From: an uncultured bacterium
Lineage (GTDB): Bacteria > Verrucomicrobiota > Verrucomicrobiia > Limisphaerales > UBA8199
Reading direction: 5' to 3'
Length of the DNA stretch: 64,000 nucleotides
NCBI GenBank assembly: GCA_963749495.1
Contig: CAVVMW010000023.1
Location: forward strand, 320,001 to 384,000
The notes below the pieces were generated by a model. That model did not search any database and was not told the DNA's origin. It saw only the letters and a program-made list of their open reading frames with translations. A program made the translations under genes and the position numbers. The first letter of the stretch is position 1; each line of letters begins with the position of its first letter. This document shows positions 53,378 to 62,671 of this stretch, one piece after another.

Positions 53378-54163
53378 TCAGTTCATTTTGATGCTGGTCC
53401 GCTGGCGCAGCCACAGATAATCATCGGGGGGCGAGGGGACAAAACCGCCGCCGGCGCCGCCCTGGACTGGGGGGCGCACGGTGTTGGCCAGCCAGCGATG
53501 CCGCTCGAGGTGGCCGTCGGCCCACGAGATGTTGGCCGCCGCGTTGTGATAGGAGGCCGGCAGGTTGCCCCACTTGACCGTGTCCCAGGTGTTCATGAAA
53601 TAGCCGTCGTTAATCGTGTCCGGGTGTTCCTCGATGAAGACGTAGAAGAGGGCCGGGCGCGGGAAGTCCGAGGCCTTGAGGAACTGGAGCCAGTTGGGAT
53701 TGAAGCGGTTGGGCTTGATGAGGGGATCGCCCACCAGGGAGTTCATCGAGATGCTGCGCAGGCGCGGCCCGTTTTGGGCGCAGGCGGTGTCCGACGGGCA
53801 CTTATAGACGCCCAGGTTGTTGTTCACATAGCGGGCGAGCTTGCCGCTGAGGATAAAGGCCGGGTTGGTGTTCTCGACGCTGGTTCCCCAGTCCTCGATA
53901 TTGTTGACCCAACTGAGCCGGTAGGCGCGGGTGTCCACCGTGCTCGAGTTGTTGACCAGCGCATCGGCATTGTCATCGGCATAGACCGCCCAGGCCACGG
54001 CCAGTTGGCGCACGTTGCTGGCGCAGGAAGCGGCCCGCGCGGCGGCCTTGGCCCGCGACAGGGCGGGCAGCAGCATCGCCGCCAGGATGGCGATGATGGC
54101 AATGACCACCAGCAGTTCGATCAAGGTGAAGCCTCCGCTGCGGCGGCTCGGGGTGGTTTTCAT
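53378..54163 (-). CDS. prepilin-type N-terminal cleavage/methylation protein with H-X9-DG motif
   Basis: [39 protein letters not shown]. Confidence 0.92.
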   Translation of the reverse strand: MKTTPSRRSGGFTLIELLVVIAIIAILAAMLLPALSRAKAAARAASCASNVRQLAVAWAVYADDNADALVNNSSTVDTRAYRLSWVNNIEDWGTSVENTNPAFILSGKLARYVNNNLGVYKCPSDTACAQNGPRLRSISMNSLVGDPLIKPNRFNPNWLQFLKASDFPRPALFYVFIEEHPDTINDGYFMNTWDTVKWGNLPASYHNAAANISWADGHLERHRWLANTVRPPVQGGAGGGFVPSPPDDYLWLRQRTSIKMN

Positions 54164-54241
54164 TGCTTTCGGGCCATTTTCCAACGTGACTGCGCGAGGC
54201 CAGTATCACGGCAGGCGGCGCCCAAAGTCAAGCGATGGGAG

Positions 54242-54512
54242 GGGTGCGATTAAAACTCTCGGTCAGCCCAAGGCGCCTTTTTGCCCCGAAGGGGCTTCCG
54301 ACAATAGCCCGGCGTTTCAACGCCGGGTGAGCGGGCCCAAGGAGCAGTTCCGTCCCGAAGGGACGGCTGAAAGCAAGGAACGTACTCAGTCGTCCCTTCG
54401 GGACGAGGGTCCCTTTTGTGGCCTCCCCGGCCTTGAAACGCCGGGCTATTCTCAAATGTCCCTCCGGGACAAGACCCCCGAAGGCGCATGCCCGTGGCTT
54501 TCAATCGCCCCC
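54242..54512. mobile_element. MITE (ISKra4-like ends) carrying a REP doublet
   Basis: TIR GGGTGCGATTAAAA / GGGGGCGATTGAAA; perfect 9-bp duplication CGATGGGAG at 54233-54241 and 54513-54521. Confidence 0.92.
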
Positions 54513-54593
54513 CGATGGGAGTGTGTGCTTGCGCTCCGCCGCGCGGGCGCGTAATAGTGCGCGAGAACAGAACAGAACAACACAAACAGGCAT

Positions 54594-55472
54594 ATGCGTT
54601 CCAAATCGTTTCTCTTCCCCGGTCTCTGTGTGGTCGTTGCCGCTCTGGCGGCAGGCCCGCTTCGCGCCGAAACCAAGATCCCTGACTCGTGCAGCGTGGG
54701 CGGGTTCTTCATCGGCTGCCAGGCCTACACCTTCAATCAGTTTACCCTCTTCGAGGCCATCGAGAAGACCGCGCTGGCGGGCGGCACTATCATCGAGTTC
54801 TATCCCGGCCAGAAGCTCAGCCAGCAAGAGCCGGGTGTGGTTTGGGACCACAACGCCTCTGCCGAGACGATTCAGAAGGTCAAGGCCAAGCTGGCCCAGC
54901 ACAAGATCACGGCGGTCAATTACGGCGTGGTGGACGTGCCCCGGGACGAGGCGCAGGCGCGCAAACTCTTCGAGTTCGCCAAGGAGATGGGCCTTCGCGC
55001 CATCACGACCGAATCGGTCGGCGCCATCGACACGATCGAGAAGATGGTCAAGGAATACGACATCTTCGTCGGGTTCCACGACCACCCCAAGGATCCCGGC
55101 AACTCCAATTACCGCATGTGGGACCCCAATTACGTCTTGTCCGTGGTCAAGGACCGCGACTCGCGCATCGGCTCCTGCGCCGATACGGGCCACTGGCTCC
55201 GCTCCAACCTCAACCCGCTCGACTGCCTGCGCATCCTCAAGGGCCGCATCATCAGCAGCCACCTCAAGGACCTCAATCAAATGGGCCCCGACGCCCATGA
55301 CGTGCCTTATGGCACCGGGGTCGCGGACATCCCCGCTCTGCTGGACGAACTGAAGACCCAGGGCTTTTCCGGCAACCTCTCCATCGAATATGAATACAAT
55401 GAGCAGAACTCGACCCCGGAAGTGGCCCAGTGCATCGGCTTTGTGCGCGGCTACGCGGCGGGCAAGAAGTAA
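54594..55472 (+). CDS. secreted sugar-phosphate isomerase/epimerase (xylose isomerase-like TIM barrel)
   Basis: Signal peptide; CADTGHW, HLKD, SIEYE. Confidence 0.88.
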   Translation: MRSKSFLFPGLCVVVAALAAGPLRAETKIPDSCSVGGFFIGCQAYTFNQFTLFEAIEKTALAGGTIIEFYPGQKLSQQEPGVVWDHNASAETIQKVKAKLAQHKITAVNYGVVDVPRDEAQARKLFEFAKEMGLRAITTESVGAIDTIEKMVKEYDIFVGFHDHPKDPGNSNYRMWDPNYVLSVVKDRDSRIGSCADTGHWLRSNLNPLDCLRILKGRIISSHLKDLNQMGPDAHDVPYGTGVADIPALLDELKTQGFSGNLSIEYEYNEQNSTPEVAQCIGFVRGYAAGKK

Positions 55473-55484
55473 AGGGGCGCCAGC

Positions 55485-55700
55485 GTAATCGGTCAGGCAG
55501 AGACGGAGTGCCGGGCGGACCCCTCACCCCGGCCCTCTCCCCATCGGATGGGGAGAGGGAGAAGCGTCGGCGGTTTCGGGAGCTTGCGGGCGTCTGCACT
55601 TTGTCAACGCGCCACCGAAAACTCTCCCTCTCCCCTTCCGAAGGGGAGAGGGCCGGGGTGAGGGGTCTGCCCCCGTGACGCTCCCATTTTCATTGAGGCC
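55485..55700. repeat. CCCTCACCCCGG-family palindromic element
   Basis: Inverted copy of 11692-11910 between convergent genes. Confidence 0.9.
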
Positions 55701-55715
55701 CGACGCGCTGGCGCT

Positions 55716-56414
55716 CTACAGTGATTGAAAGGCCCTGTGCCAGCGGGGCCGCCAATAGTGGCTGCGGTCGAAGGACAGGACCACCGAGGCGGCGCGGCCC
55801 ACGATGCGCTTGCGCTCGACGGGGCCGAAGTAGCGGGAATCGAAGCTGTTGTCGCGGTTGTCCCCCATCATGAAGTAATGCCCCTCGGGAACACGAACTG
55901 GTCCGAAATCGCGGCGGGCCTGCACGGAGGGGATGGCGGCCACGGCGTGGGGCCGGCCGGGGAGTTGCTCGGCGGCAAAGACCTGCCTGGCCCGTTCCTG
56001 CGGCGCCAGGTCCTGCAGCCGGTCCGGGTCCAGGACCGAATAGTCAACCGCCTGGCCATTGAGGACCAGCCGGTTGCCGCGCAACTCGATGGTGTCGCCG
56101 GGCAGCCCGATGACGCGCTTGACCAGGCGCTGGCCGTCGTAGGGGGAGAAGAAAACGACAACGTCGCCGCGCCTGGGCTGGCTCCACTCGGCCAGGTGCC
56201 AGGTGGTGAAGGGCACTTTGAGGTCGTAGGCCAGTTTGTTGACGTAGATGCGATCGCCTTCGAAAATGGTCGGTTTCATCGAGCCGCTGGGCACGTCGTT
56301 CCAGTCCGCCAACGAAGAGCGGATCGAGAAAATGACCAGGCCCAGGACGATCAGCGGACGGATCTCCTTGCGCCACCAGCGGCGGGCACAGGAGAAGAGG
56401 GCTGCGCTACTCAT
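55716..56414 (-). CDS. lepB: signal peptidase I
   Basis: VPSGSMKPT, LVKRVIGLPGD, GDNRDNSFDSRYFG. Confidence 0.95.
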   Translation of the reverse strand: MSSAALFSCARRWWRKEIRPLIVLGLVIFSIRSSLADWNDVPSGSMKPTIFEGDRIYVNKLAYDLKVPFTTWHLAEWSQPRRGDVVVFFSPYDGQRLVKRVIGLPGDTIELRGNRLVLNGQAVDYSVLDPDRLQDLAPQERARQVFAAEQLPGRPHAVAAIPSVQARRDFGPVRVPEGHYFMMGDNRDNSFDSRYFGPVERKRIVGRAASVVLSFDRSHYWRPRWHRAFQSL

Positions 56415-56419
56415 CACAT

Positions 56420-57919
56420 TCACCCCTCTGCCAGGGCATGCTTGACCTTCAGGAGCAGGTCCTGGCTGGTGTAGGGCTTCTGCAGGTAAACCCCGGTGTT
56501 GGTCTGGCTGGCGGGCCACACGTAACCGCTGGTGCACAGCACGTGCGTCGGGGGCGAGAGCCGGTGGATGTGCTCGACCAGTTCGCGGCCGCTCATGGCC
56601 GGCATGACAAGGTCGGTGATGACCAGGTCCACCGCCGCGCCGCCCCGGGACAGGATGTCCAGGGCCTTCTGGCCGCTGTTGGCCGTCAGCACCCGGTAGC
56701 CATAGGCCGAAAGGATTGTCTTGCCCATCGTCAACAGCAGGTCCTCATCGTCCACAATCAGGATGGTCTGGCGCCCCGTGAGGTCGCTGGCCGTGAAGCC
56801 GTCGTCTCTGACAATCCCCTTCTCGGCGGGCAGATAGACCCGGACCGAGGTCCCTGCGCCCGGCTGGCTGGAGACCGCCACACCCCCGCCGTGATTGGTC
56901 ACGATGCCATACACCCATGCCAGGCCCAGCCCGCGATGGGTGCCGCGTTTGGTCGTGAAAAACGGCTCGAAGATTCGCGGCATCACCTCCGGTTCAATCC
57001 CGCAACCGTTGTCGCTGATCTCGACGCACACATAGGCGCCCGCCGCCAGGCGCGCATTGCGGTCCTGGGTCGGCTCGGTCAACTCGATGTTGCGCGTCTG
57101 CACGGTCACGCGTCCGTTGCCCCGCAGGGCCTGGACGGCATTTTCCAAGAGTTTCACCAGGGCCTGCTGCATCTTGGCCTCGTCGAATTTGGCGGCAAAG
57201 AGCTTGCGCTCCAACTGGAGCTGCCAGGCCGTTTTTTCCAGGGCGGTGTCCCGCTGGAAGACCTCGACGCAGCGCTGCAGCAGCAGGTTGAGGTTGCCCG
57301 CGGCCTGGGAGCGCACCTCCTTGTCCTGGCGGCTGAACGCGCCGAGGTCGCTGGCGATTTCGGCCGCCTTGGCGGCGGACTTCTCGACCTCCAGCAGCGA
57401 GGTGCGCCAGGGGTGATCCGGTTCCATCTTGCTCAGCACCAGAGACGTATGGCCCAGGATGCTGGTCAGGGCGTTGTTGAAGTCCAGGGCCACGGTGCGC
57501 GCCAACTGCAGCGCGCAATCCAGCTTCTGCTTGTGCGCCAGGTTGGCCTCGCTGCTGACAGAGCGGGCCTCGACCCGCGCCGCCGCAGCCTCCGGCAGCA
57601 ACTGCAGCACCCAATACCTTTGGGCCTCCTGCTTGGCCTCGCTCACCAGGGTCGCGGACGGGACCACCTGGCCTCCTTTGCCACGGAACCTCAGGCCCAC
57701 AACCGGCGCCGGCGCTTGCTCCCATGCCGAGAGAAACTCCTGGGCCGTGCTGGTGTTCTCCGGGGACCAAATCGCCGAAAGCACAGGGTGCTTGCCCTCC
57801 AGCAGAGGGCCAAAGAGCCTCAGGGCCGCAGCATTGGCGCGGCAAACCGCGCCCGCGCGATCCACCAGCAACACTGGCCAGCTCGCATCCTCAAACCCAA
57901 AAACGACTTCCGGCTTCAT
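56420..57919 (-). CDS. PAS-containing hybrid histidine kinase-like protein with receiver domain (H-box His replaced by Leu)
   Basis: ALDFNN, ENA, DNGCG, FEPFFTTK, GLGL; receiver VDDE...ITDLVMP...KP. Confidence 0.9.
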   Translation of the reverse strand: MKPEVVFGFEDASWPVLLVDRAGAVCRANAAALRLFGPLLEGKHPVLSAIWSPENTSTAQEFLSAWEQAPAPVVGLRFRGKGGQVVPSATLVSEAKQEAQRYWVLQLLPEAAAARVEARSVSSEANLAHKQKLDCALQLARTVALDFNNALTSILGHTSLVLSKMEPDHPWRTSLLEVEKSAAKAAEIASDLGAFSRQDKEVRSQAAGNLNLLLQRCVEVFQRDTALEKTAWQLQLERKLFAAKFDEAKMQQALVKLLENAVQALRGNGRVTVQTRNIELTEPTQDRNARLAAGAYVCVEISDNGCGIEPEVMPRIFEPFFTTKRGTHRGLGLAWVYGIVTNHGGGVAVSSQPGAGTSVRVYLPAEKGIVRDDGFTASDLTGRQTILIVDDEDLLLTMGKTILSAYGYRVLTANSGQKALDILSRGGAAVDLVITDLVMPAMSGRELVEHIHRLSPPTHVLCTSGYVWPASQTNTGVYLQKPYTSQDLLLKVKHALAEG

Positions 57920-57993
57920 CGAAAAGAAACACCGTGCAGCCCCGAGCTTACGCTACTCCTTTCCCATTTCCAATCCCCATTTCCGAATGCGGT

Positions 57994-58830
57994 TCACGGC
58001 TCATACGCCCTCGCAAAGGCCTCGATCAGGCTCGCCGCCGGGACCTTGACCCGCTCGGCCGTGGCCAGGACCTCGTCATGGGAGAGCGGTTGCGGGTTGC
58101 GCCCCGCCGCCAGGTTGGTGATGCAGGAGAGAGCGGCGACCCGCATGCCGCACTGGCGGGCCACGACCGCCTCCGGCACCGTGCTCATCCCGACTGCGTC
58201 GGCCCCGAGCCGGGCGAAGGCGCGTATCTCGGCGGGCGTTTCGTAGCTGGGTCCGCACAGGGCCAGATAGACCCCCGAGTGGAGTTTCAGACCGCACTTG
58301 CGCCCTGCCTGGAGCAACCGGGCGCGCAGCCCAGGGTCATAGACGCACGTCAGGTCCACGAACGCTCCCGCCGCGCCGCCGGGCGGCAGCCCGCACGAGT
58401 CGGGCCGCAGCGGGTTGACTCCCATCAGGTTGATATGGTCGGAGAGCACCATGAAATCCCCGGGGCGGAAGCGCCGGTTGATGCCCCCGGCTGCATTGGT
58501 GAGGAGGAGATCGCGGATGCCGCTCGAGGCCAGGGCGCGCACGGCAAAGGTCACCGCCGCCATCGAGTGGCCTTCGTAAAAATGCGCCCGCCCGCTGAGC
58601 ACTATCACCGGCGTGCCCGCCAGCCGGCCGATCAGCAGTCTGCCGGCGTGCCCGCTCACCCCCGCCGGCGCAAACCCCGGCAGTTCACGCTGTGCAATCT
58701 CAGCCTCGACCGCCATCCTGTCCGCGGCGTGCTGGAAGCCGCTGCCCAGCACGATTGCCAGCGTCGGACGAAGGCCCGAGAGCCTCTCGAGCCTGGCCGC
58801 AGCTTTTTGTGTGTCGGACGATTGTTTCAT
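57994..58830 (-). CDS. purine nucleoside phosphorylase
   Basis: IVLGSG, GRAHFYEG, TNAAGG, GPSYETPAE, VGMSTVPE, ITNLAAG. Confidence 0.95.
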   Translation of the reverse strand: MKQSSDTQKAAARLERLSGLRPTLAIVLGSGFQHAADRMAVEAEIAQRELPGFAPAGVSGHAGRLLIGRLAGTPVIVLSGRAHFYEGHSMAAVTFAVRALASSGIRDLLLTNAAGGINRRFRPGDFMVLSDHINLMGVNPLRPDSCGLPPGGAAGAFVDLTCVYDPGLRARLLQAGRKCGLKLHSGVYLALCGPSYETPAEIRAFARLGADAVGMSTVPEAVVARQCGMRVAALSCITNLAAGRNPQPLSHDEVLATAERVKVPAASLIEAFARAYEP

Positions 58831-58941
58831 GCCGCGTTCCGCATTGCCTGGCCCGGCGGAACGACTTATCCTGTGATGGCTCCGGTCCGGGCCGATGCTC
58901 AGAAATGCCCCGCTCGAACGCGCGCCAGACTCAAATCGATT

Positions 58942-60110
58942 ATGGAATTGACCAATGACGAACTCCGCCGTTACTCGCGTCACCTCATCCTGCCCGAAGT
59001 CGGGCTGGAGGGGCAGAAGAAAATTCGCTCGACCAGCGTGCTCTGCATCGGGGTCGGCGGGCTCGGTTCGCCCGTGGCCCTTTACCTTGCGGCGGCGGGC
59101 ATCGGCAAGCTCGGCCTGGTGGATTTCGATACGGTGGACCTTTCCAACCTCCAGCGCCAGGTCATCCACGGCACCGGCGACATCGGCCGGCCCAAGACCG
59201 ACTCGGCCCGGGACGCCCTCCAGCGGCTCAACCCGCACGTCGAGGTGGGCCTGCACCACGCCCGCCTGACGCGCGAGAATGCCCTCGACCTGATTGGGCC
59301 CTACGACATCGTCGTGGATGGCACCGACAATTTCCCCACACGCTACCTGACCAACGATGCCTGCGTGCTCCTGGGCAAGCCCAATGTCTATGGCTCGATC
59401 TTCCGTTTCGAGGGCCAGGCCAGCGTGTTCGCCCCGCGCCTGGGCGGCCCCTGCTATCGCTGCATCTTCCCCGAACCCCCGCCCCCGGGCCTGGTTCCCA
59501 GTTGCGCCGAGGGCGGCGTGCTGGGCGTCCTGCCCGGCATTATCGGCCTCATCCAGGCCACCGAGACCCTCAAGCTGGCCCTGGGCCAGGGCCTCTCGCT
59601 GGTCGGCCGCCTCCTGCTCTTCAACGCCCTCGACCTCAAATTCCGCGAACTCAAACTGCGGCGCGACCCAAAGTGCCCGCTCTGCGGCGAGCACCCATCC
59701 ATCACGCAGTTGGCGGACTACCAGGCCCTTTGCGGCCTTGCTCCATCCCCGGATCGGGCCTCCGGGTCTCAGCCCCCGGCATCAGACCCCGACGAGGCCA
59801 CCGTCCAGCAGCTCAAGCGCGCTCTCGATCAGCCCCAGCCCGGCATCGAACTCATCGATGTGCGCGAGCCCGACGAACACCAGATCGCCTGCATCCCAGG
59901 CGCCCGTCTCCTGCCCCTGAGCCAACTCGCCCGCCGGTTCACCGAGCTCGGACCCCAACCGCCTCTACTATCTCCATTGCCACCACGGCGGCCGCTCCCT
60001 GCGCGCCCTCCAGTTCCTCCGCCAGCAGGGCTTCAAACACCTCAAGAACGTCCGCGGCGGCATCGATGCCTGGTCCAGCCAAATCGACCCGACCGTCCCC
60101 AGGGTACTGA
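58942..60110 (+). CDS. moeB: MoeB/MoeZ adenylyltransferase with C-terminal rhodanese, frameshifted near 59955 and 60103
   Basis: RYSRHL, GVGGLG, SNLQRQ, PCYRC, CPLC, DVREP; HCHHGGRS in the shifted frame. Confidence 0.92.
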
Positions 60111-60128
60111 ACAGGATGGGAGTGCGCC

Positions 60129-60332
60129 CCAGGGCCGAAGGCCCGCCATGTGATAGCCCGGGCTGGAGCGAAGCGGAGGCCCGGGTAAGCAGCGCCCCTC
60201 GAAAAGCCCCGGCCTGTAGGGCCGGCACCTTATGGCGCCCCTGCAGGGCGCGCCAGATTCCGGCCCGATGACCTGGGCCTCCGTTCGCAAGCTCGCTCCA
60301 GCCCAGGCTTTCACATTGCGGGCTTTCAGCCC
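60129..60332. repeat. REP doublet (GCCCGGGCTGGAGCG...GGAGGCCC family)
   Basis: Inverted arms; related single arms at 8889-8942 and 9288-9390. Confidence 0.8.
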
Positions 60333-60431
60333 GGGGACGAGCGCACTCCGCGGTCTGGGTCGGGATGGCCCCGCCCCCCCCGGCTCACTTTGCGCTTTTT
60401 TCCCGGGCCGGCTTGAGACTAAGCTGCGTCC

Positions 60432-61307
60432 ATGCAGGACCTGATTGCCAAGGCCGCCATGCTGCTGGAGGCCTTGCCTTACATTCAGAAATTCAGCGGC
60501 GCTACCTTCGTCATCAAGTATGGCGGCAGTTTCATGGACTCGCCCGACCCGGCCGTCCGCAATGGGGTCGCGCGCAACCTGGTCTTCCTGGAGGCGGTCG
60601 AGATAAACCCGGTGGTCGTGCACGGCGGCGGCAAGGCCATCACCCGCGCCATGGACAAGGCGGGCCTCAAGTCGCGATTTGTCCAGGGCCAGCGTGTGAC
60701 CGACGAGGCCGCCGCGCGCATTGCCGACGAGGTGCTCTGGTGCGAGATCAATCCCGAGGTCGTGGCGGCTATCCGCTCATTTGGGGGCCAGGCCAAGGGG
60801 TTTGCCGGCCCGGACATCTTCACCTGCCGCAAGGCCCGGGTCTGCGGGCCGGACGGGCGGCCGGTGGACCTGGGGTTTGTCGGCGAGGTCGTGGCCGTGA
60901 ACACCGCCCCGCTGCTGCAGTGCCTCAACCAGGGCATCACCCCGGTCATCAGCCCCACCGCCCGCAGCCAGGATGGCAAGCTCTACAATTGCAACGCGGA
61001 CGTGGCCGCCGCCCAGGCCGCCATCGCCCTCAAAGCCAAGCGCCTGGTTTTCATGAGCGACGTGCCCGGCCTCCTGGCGCACCCCAGCGAGACCGACTCG
61101 CTTATTTCGCACCTGAAGGTCAGCGAGGTCGGCAGGCTCAAACAGGCCGGCATCATCGAACAGGGCATGATCCCCAAGACCGACAGCGCCGTCGCCGCCC
61201 TCCAGGCTGGCGTCGAAAAGGTCTCCTTTGTCGATGGCCGCGTCTCCCATTCCATCCTGCTGGAGATCTTCACCGACGAGGGGTTCGGCACCGAGGTCGT
61301 GCTGTGA
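60432..61307 (+). CDS. argB: acetylglutamate kinase
   Basis: VIKYGG, VVHGGG, GQRVTD, NCNAD, GMIPK. Confidence 0.96.
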   Translation: MQDLIAKAAMLLEALPYIQKFSGATFVIKYGGSFMDSPDPAVRNGVARNLVFLEAVEINPVVVHGGGKAITRAMDKAGLKSRFVQGQRVTDEAAARIADEVLWCEINPEVVAAIRSFGGQAKGFAGPDIFTCRKARVCGPDGRPVDLGFVGEVVAVNTAPLLQCLNQGITPVISPTARSQDGKLYNCNADVAAAQAAIALKAKRLVFMSDVPGLLAHPSETDSLISHLKVSEVGRLKQAGIIEQGMIPKTDSAVAALQAGVEKVSFVDGRVSHSILLEIFTDEGFGTEVVL

Positions 61308-61378
61308 ACACTCATCGGCTATTGGCTATCGGCTATCTGCAACCTCAACTGCAATTCCCACTCCATCCTCAACTGCCT

Positions 61379-62515
61379 ATGAATCCCTCAAATACCCGAC
61401 CCACCACTAATCTGCGCACTCCGCACTCATTCGTCATTCGTCATTCGTCATTCGTCATTCCTCTCGCCGCCCTCTGGTGCTGCTCCCTGGCGCTGCACCT
61501 CCCGCTCGCCTCCCGTGCTGCCGGCCAACCCGATTCCGCCGAGTCGCGCGCCGCCTGGCTCAACGCCTGGCGGGCGGGCAACCCGCTCTGGCGGGGCGCC
61601 CATCTCTCCGCCCGCAACGACGGGCAGGCCGAGGCGCTCCGGGCCGAGTTGCCCAAGCTCGGCGCCCTGGGCGTGAACGTCATCGTCCTGGAGGTGGACT
61701 ACAATTTCCAATTCCACTCCCGGCCCGAGATGGCAGCCGCCCAGGGCATCTCCCAGCCGGGCGCCCGGGCCCTGGCCGCCGCCGCCCGCGCCCAGGGCAT
61801 CCGGCTCATCCCGCAGCTCAATTGCCTGGGCCACCAGTCCTGGAGCAGAACCACCGACCGCCTGCTGGTCAAGCACCCCGAGTTCGACGAGACCCCGGGC
61901 CAATTCCCTGACAACCGGGGCATCTATTGCCGGAGTTGGTGCCCCCAGCATCCCGAGGTCAATGCCCTCGTGTTCGACCTCATCGACGAACTCTGCGAGG
62001 CCTTCCAGGCCGATGCCTTCCATGTGGGCATGGACGAGGTCTTCCTCATCGCCTCGGAGCATTGTCCGCGCTGCCGCGGGGGCGACCCGGGCAAGCTTTT
62101 CGCCAAGGCGGTCAATGACCTGCACGCCCATATCGTCGGCGAGCGCAAGCTGGAGATGCTCCTGTGGGGCGATCGCTTGCTCGACTCCAAGGCGCTGGGC
62201 TACTCGGAGTGGGAAGCCGCCCGCAACGGCACCCAGACCGCCATCGATCTCGTCCCCAAGGACATCATTGTCTGCGACTGGCACTACGGCAAGCAGGCCG
62301 CTTATCCCTCGGTGCCCCTGCTCCTGCAAAAGGGCTTTCGCGTCTGGCCCTCGGGCTGGCAGCCGCTCGACGCCACCAAGGCCTTCAGCGCCTACGCCCG
62401 CCAGCAAAAAGACAAAGCCCTCCTGGGCTATCTCTGCACCACCTGGGGCAAGGTCAGAATCCCCGAGACCGCCCAATGGCCGCCCCTGGCCGAGGTCCTG
62501 CCGGAGTGGAAATGA
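61379..62515 (+). CDS. secreted GH20-like glycoside hydrolase
   Basis: LIPQLNCLGH, FHVGMDE, WGD, DWHY; heptamer repeats lie in the N-terminal coding region. Confidence 0.8.
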   Translation: MNPSNTRPTTNLRTPHSFVIRHSSFVIPLAALWCCSLALHLPLASRAAGQPDSAESRAAWLNAWRAGNPLWRGAHLSARNDGQAEALRAELPKLGALGVNVIVLEVDYNFQFHSRPEMAAAQGISQPGARALAAAARAQGIRLIPQLNCLGHQSWSRTTDRLLVKHPEFDETPGQFPDNRGIYCRSWCPQHPEVNALVFDLIDELCEAFQADAFHVGMDEVFLIASEHCPRCRGGDPGKLFAKAVNDLHAHIVGERKLEMLLWGDRLLDSKALGYSEWEAARNGTQTAIDLVPKDIIVCDWHYGKQAAYPSVPLLLQKGFRVWPSGWQPLDATKAFSAYARQQKDKALLGYLCTTWGKVRIPETAQWPPLAEVLPEWK

Positions 62516-62520
62516 ACCTC

Positions 62521-62662
62521 AGTCCACAGTCCACAGTCCACAGCCCACGATCCAGATTTCAGATTTCAGATTTCAGATTTCACGTTTCACGTTTCACGTT
62601 TCACGTTTCACGTTTCACGTTTCACGTTTCACGTTTCAAAATTCACGTTTCAGATTTCAGAT
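62521..62662. repeat. mosaic heptamer array (AGTCCAC)x3, (AGATTTC)x4, (ACGTTTC)x8
   Basis: Visible directly. Confidence 0.95.
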
Positions 62663-62671
62663 CACTGAACC

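Noticed and set aside
13087..60110. Many frameshifted genes (PBP-like, TpsB, Ig, PQQ, GT4, esterase, LamG, moeB) as pseudogenes or programmed frameshifts
   Set aside because: Scattered single-base indels without accompanying stops, including a compensated pair and hits in housekeeping genes, fit long-read assembly error better
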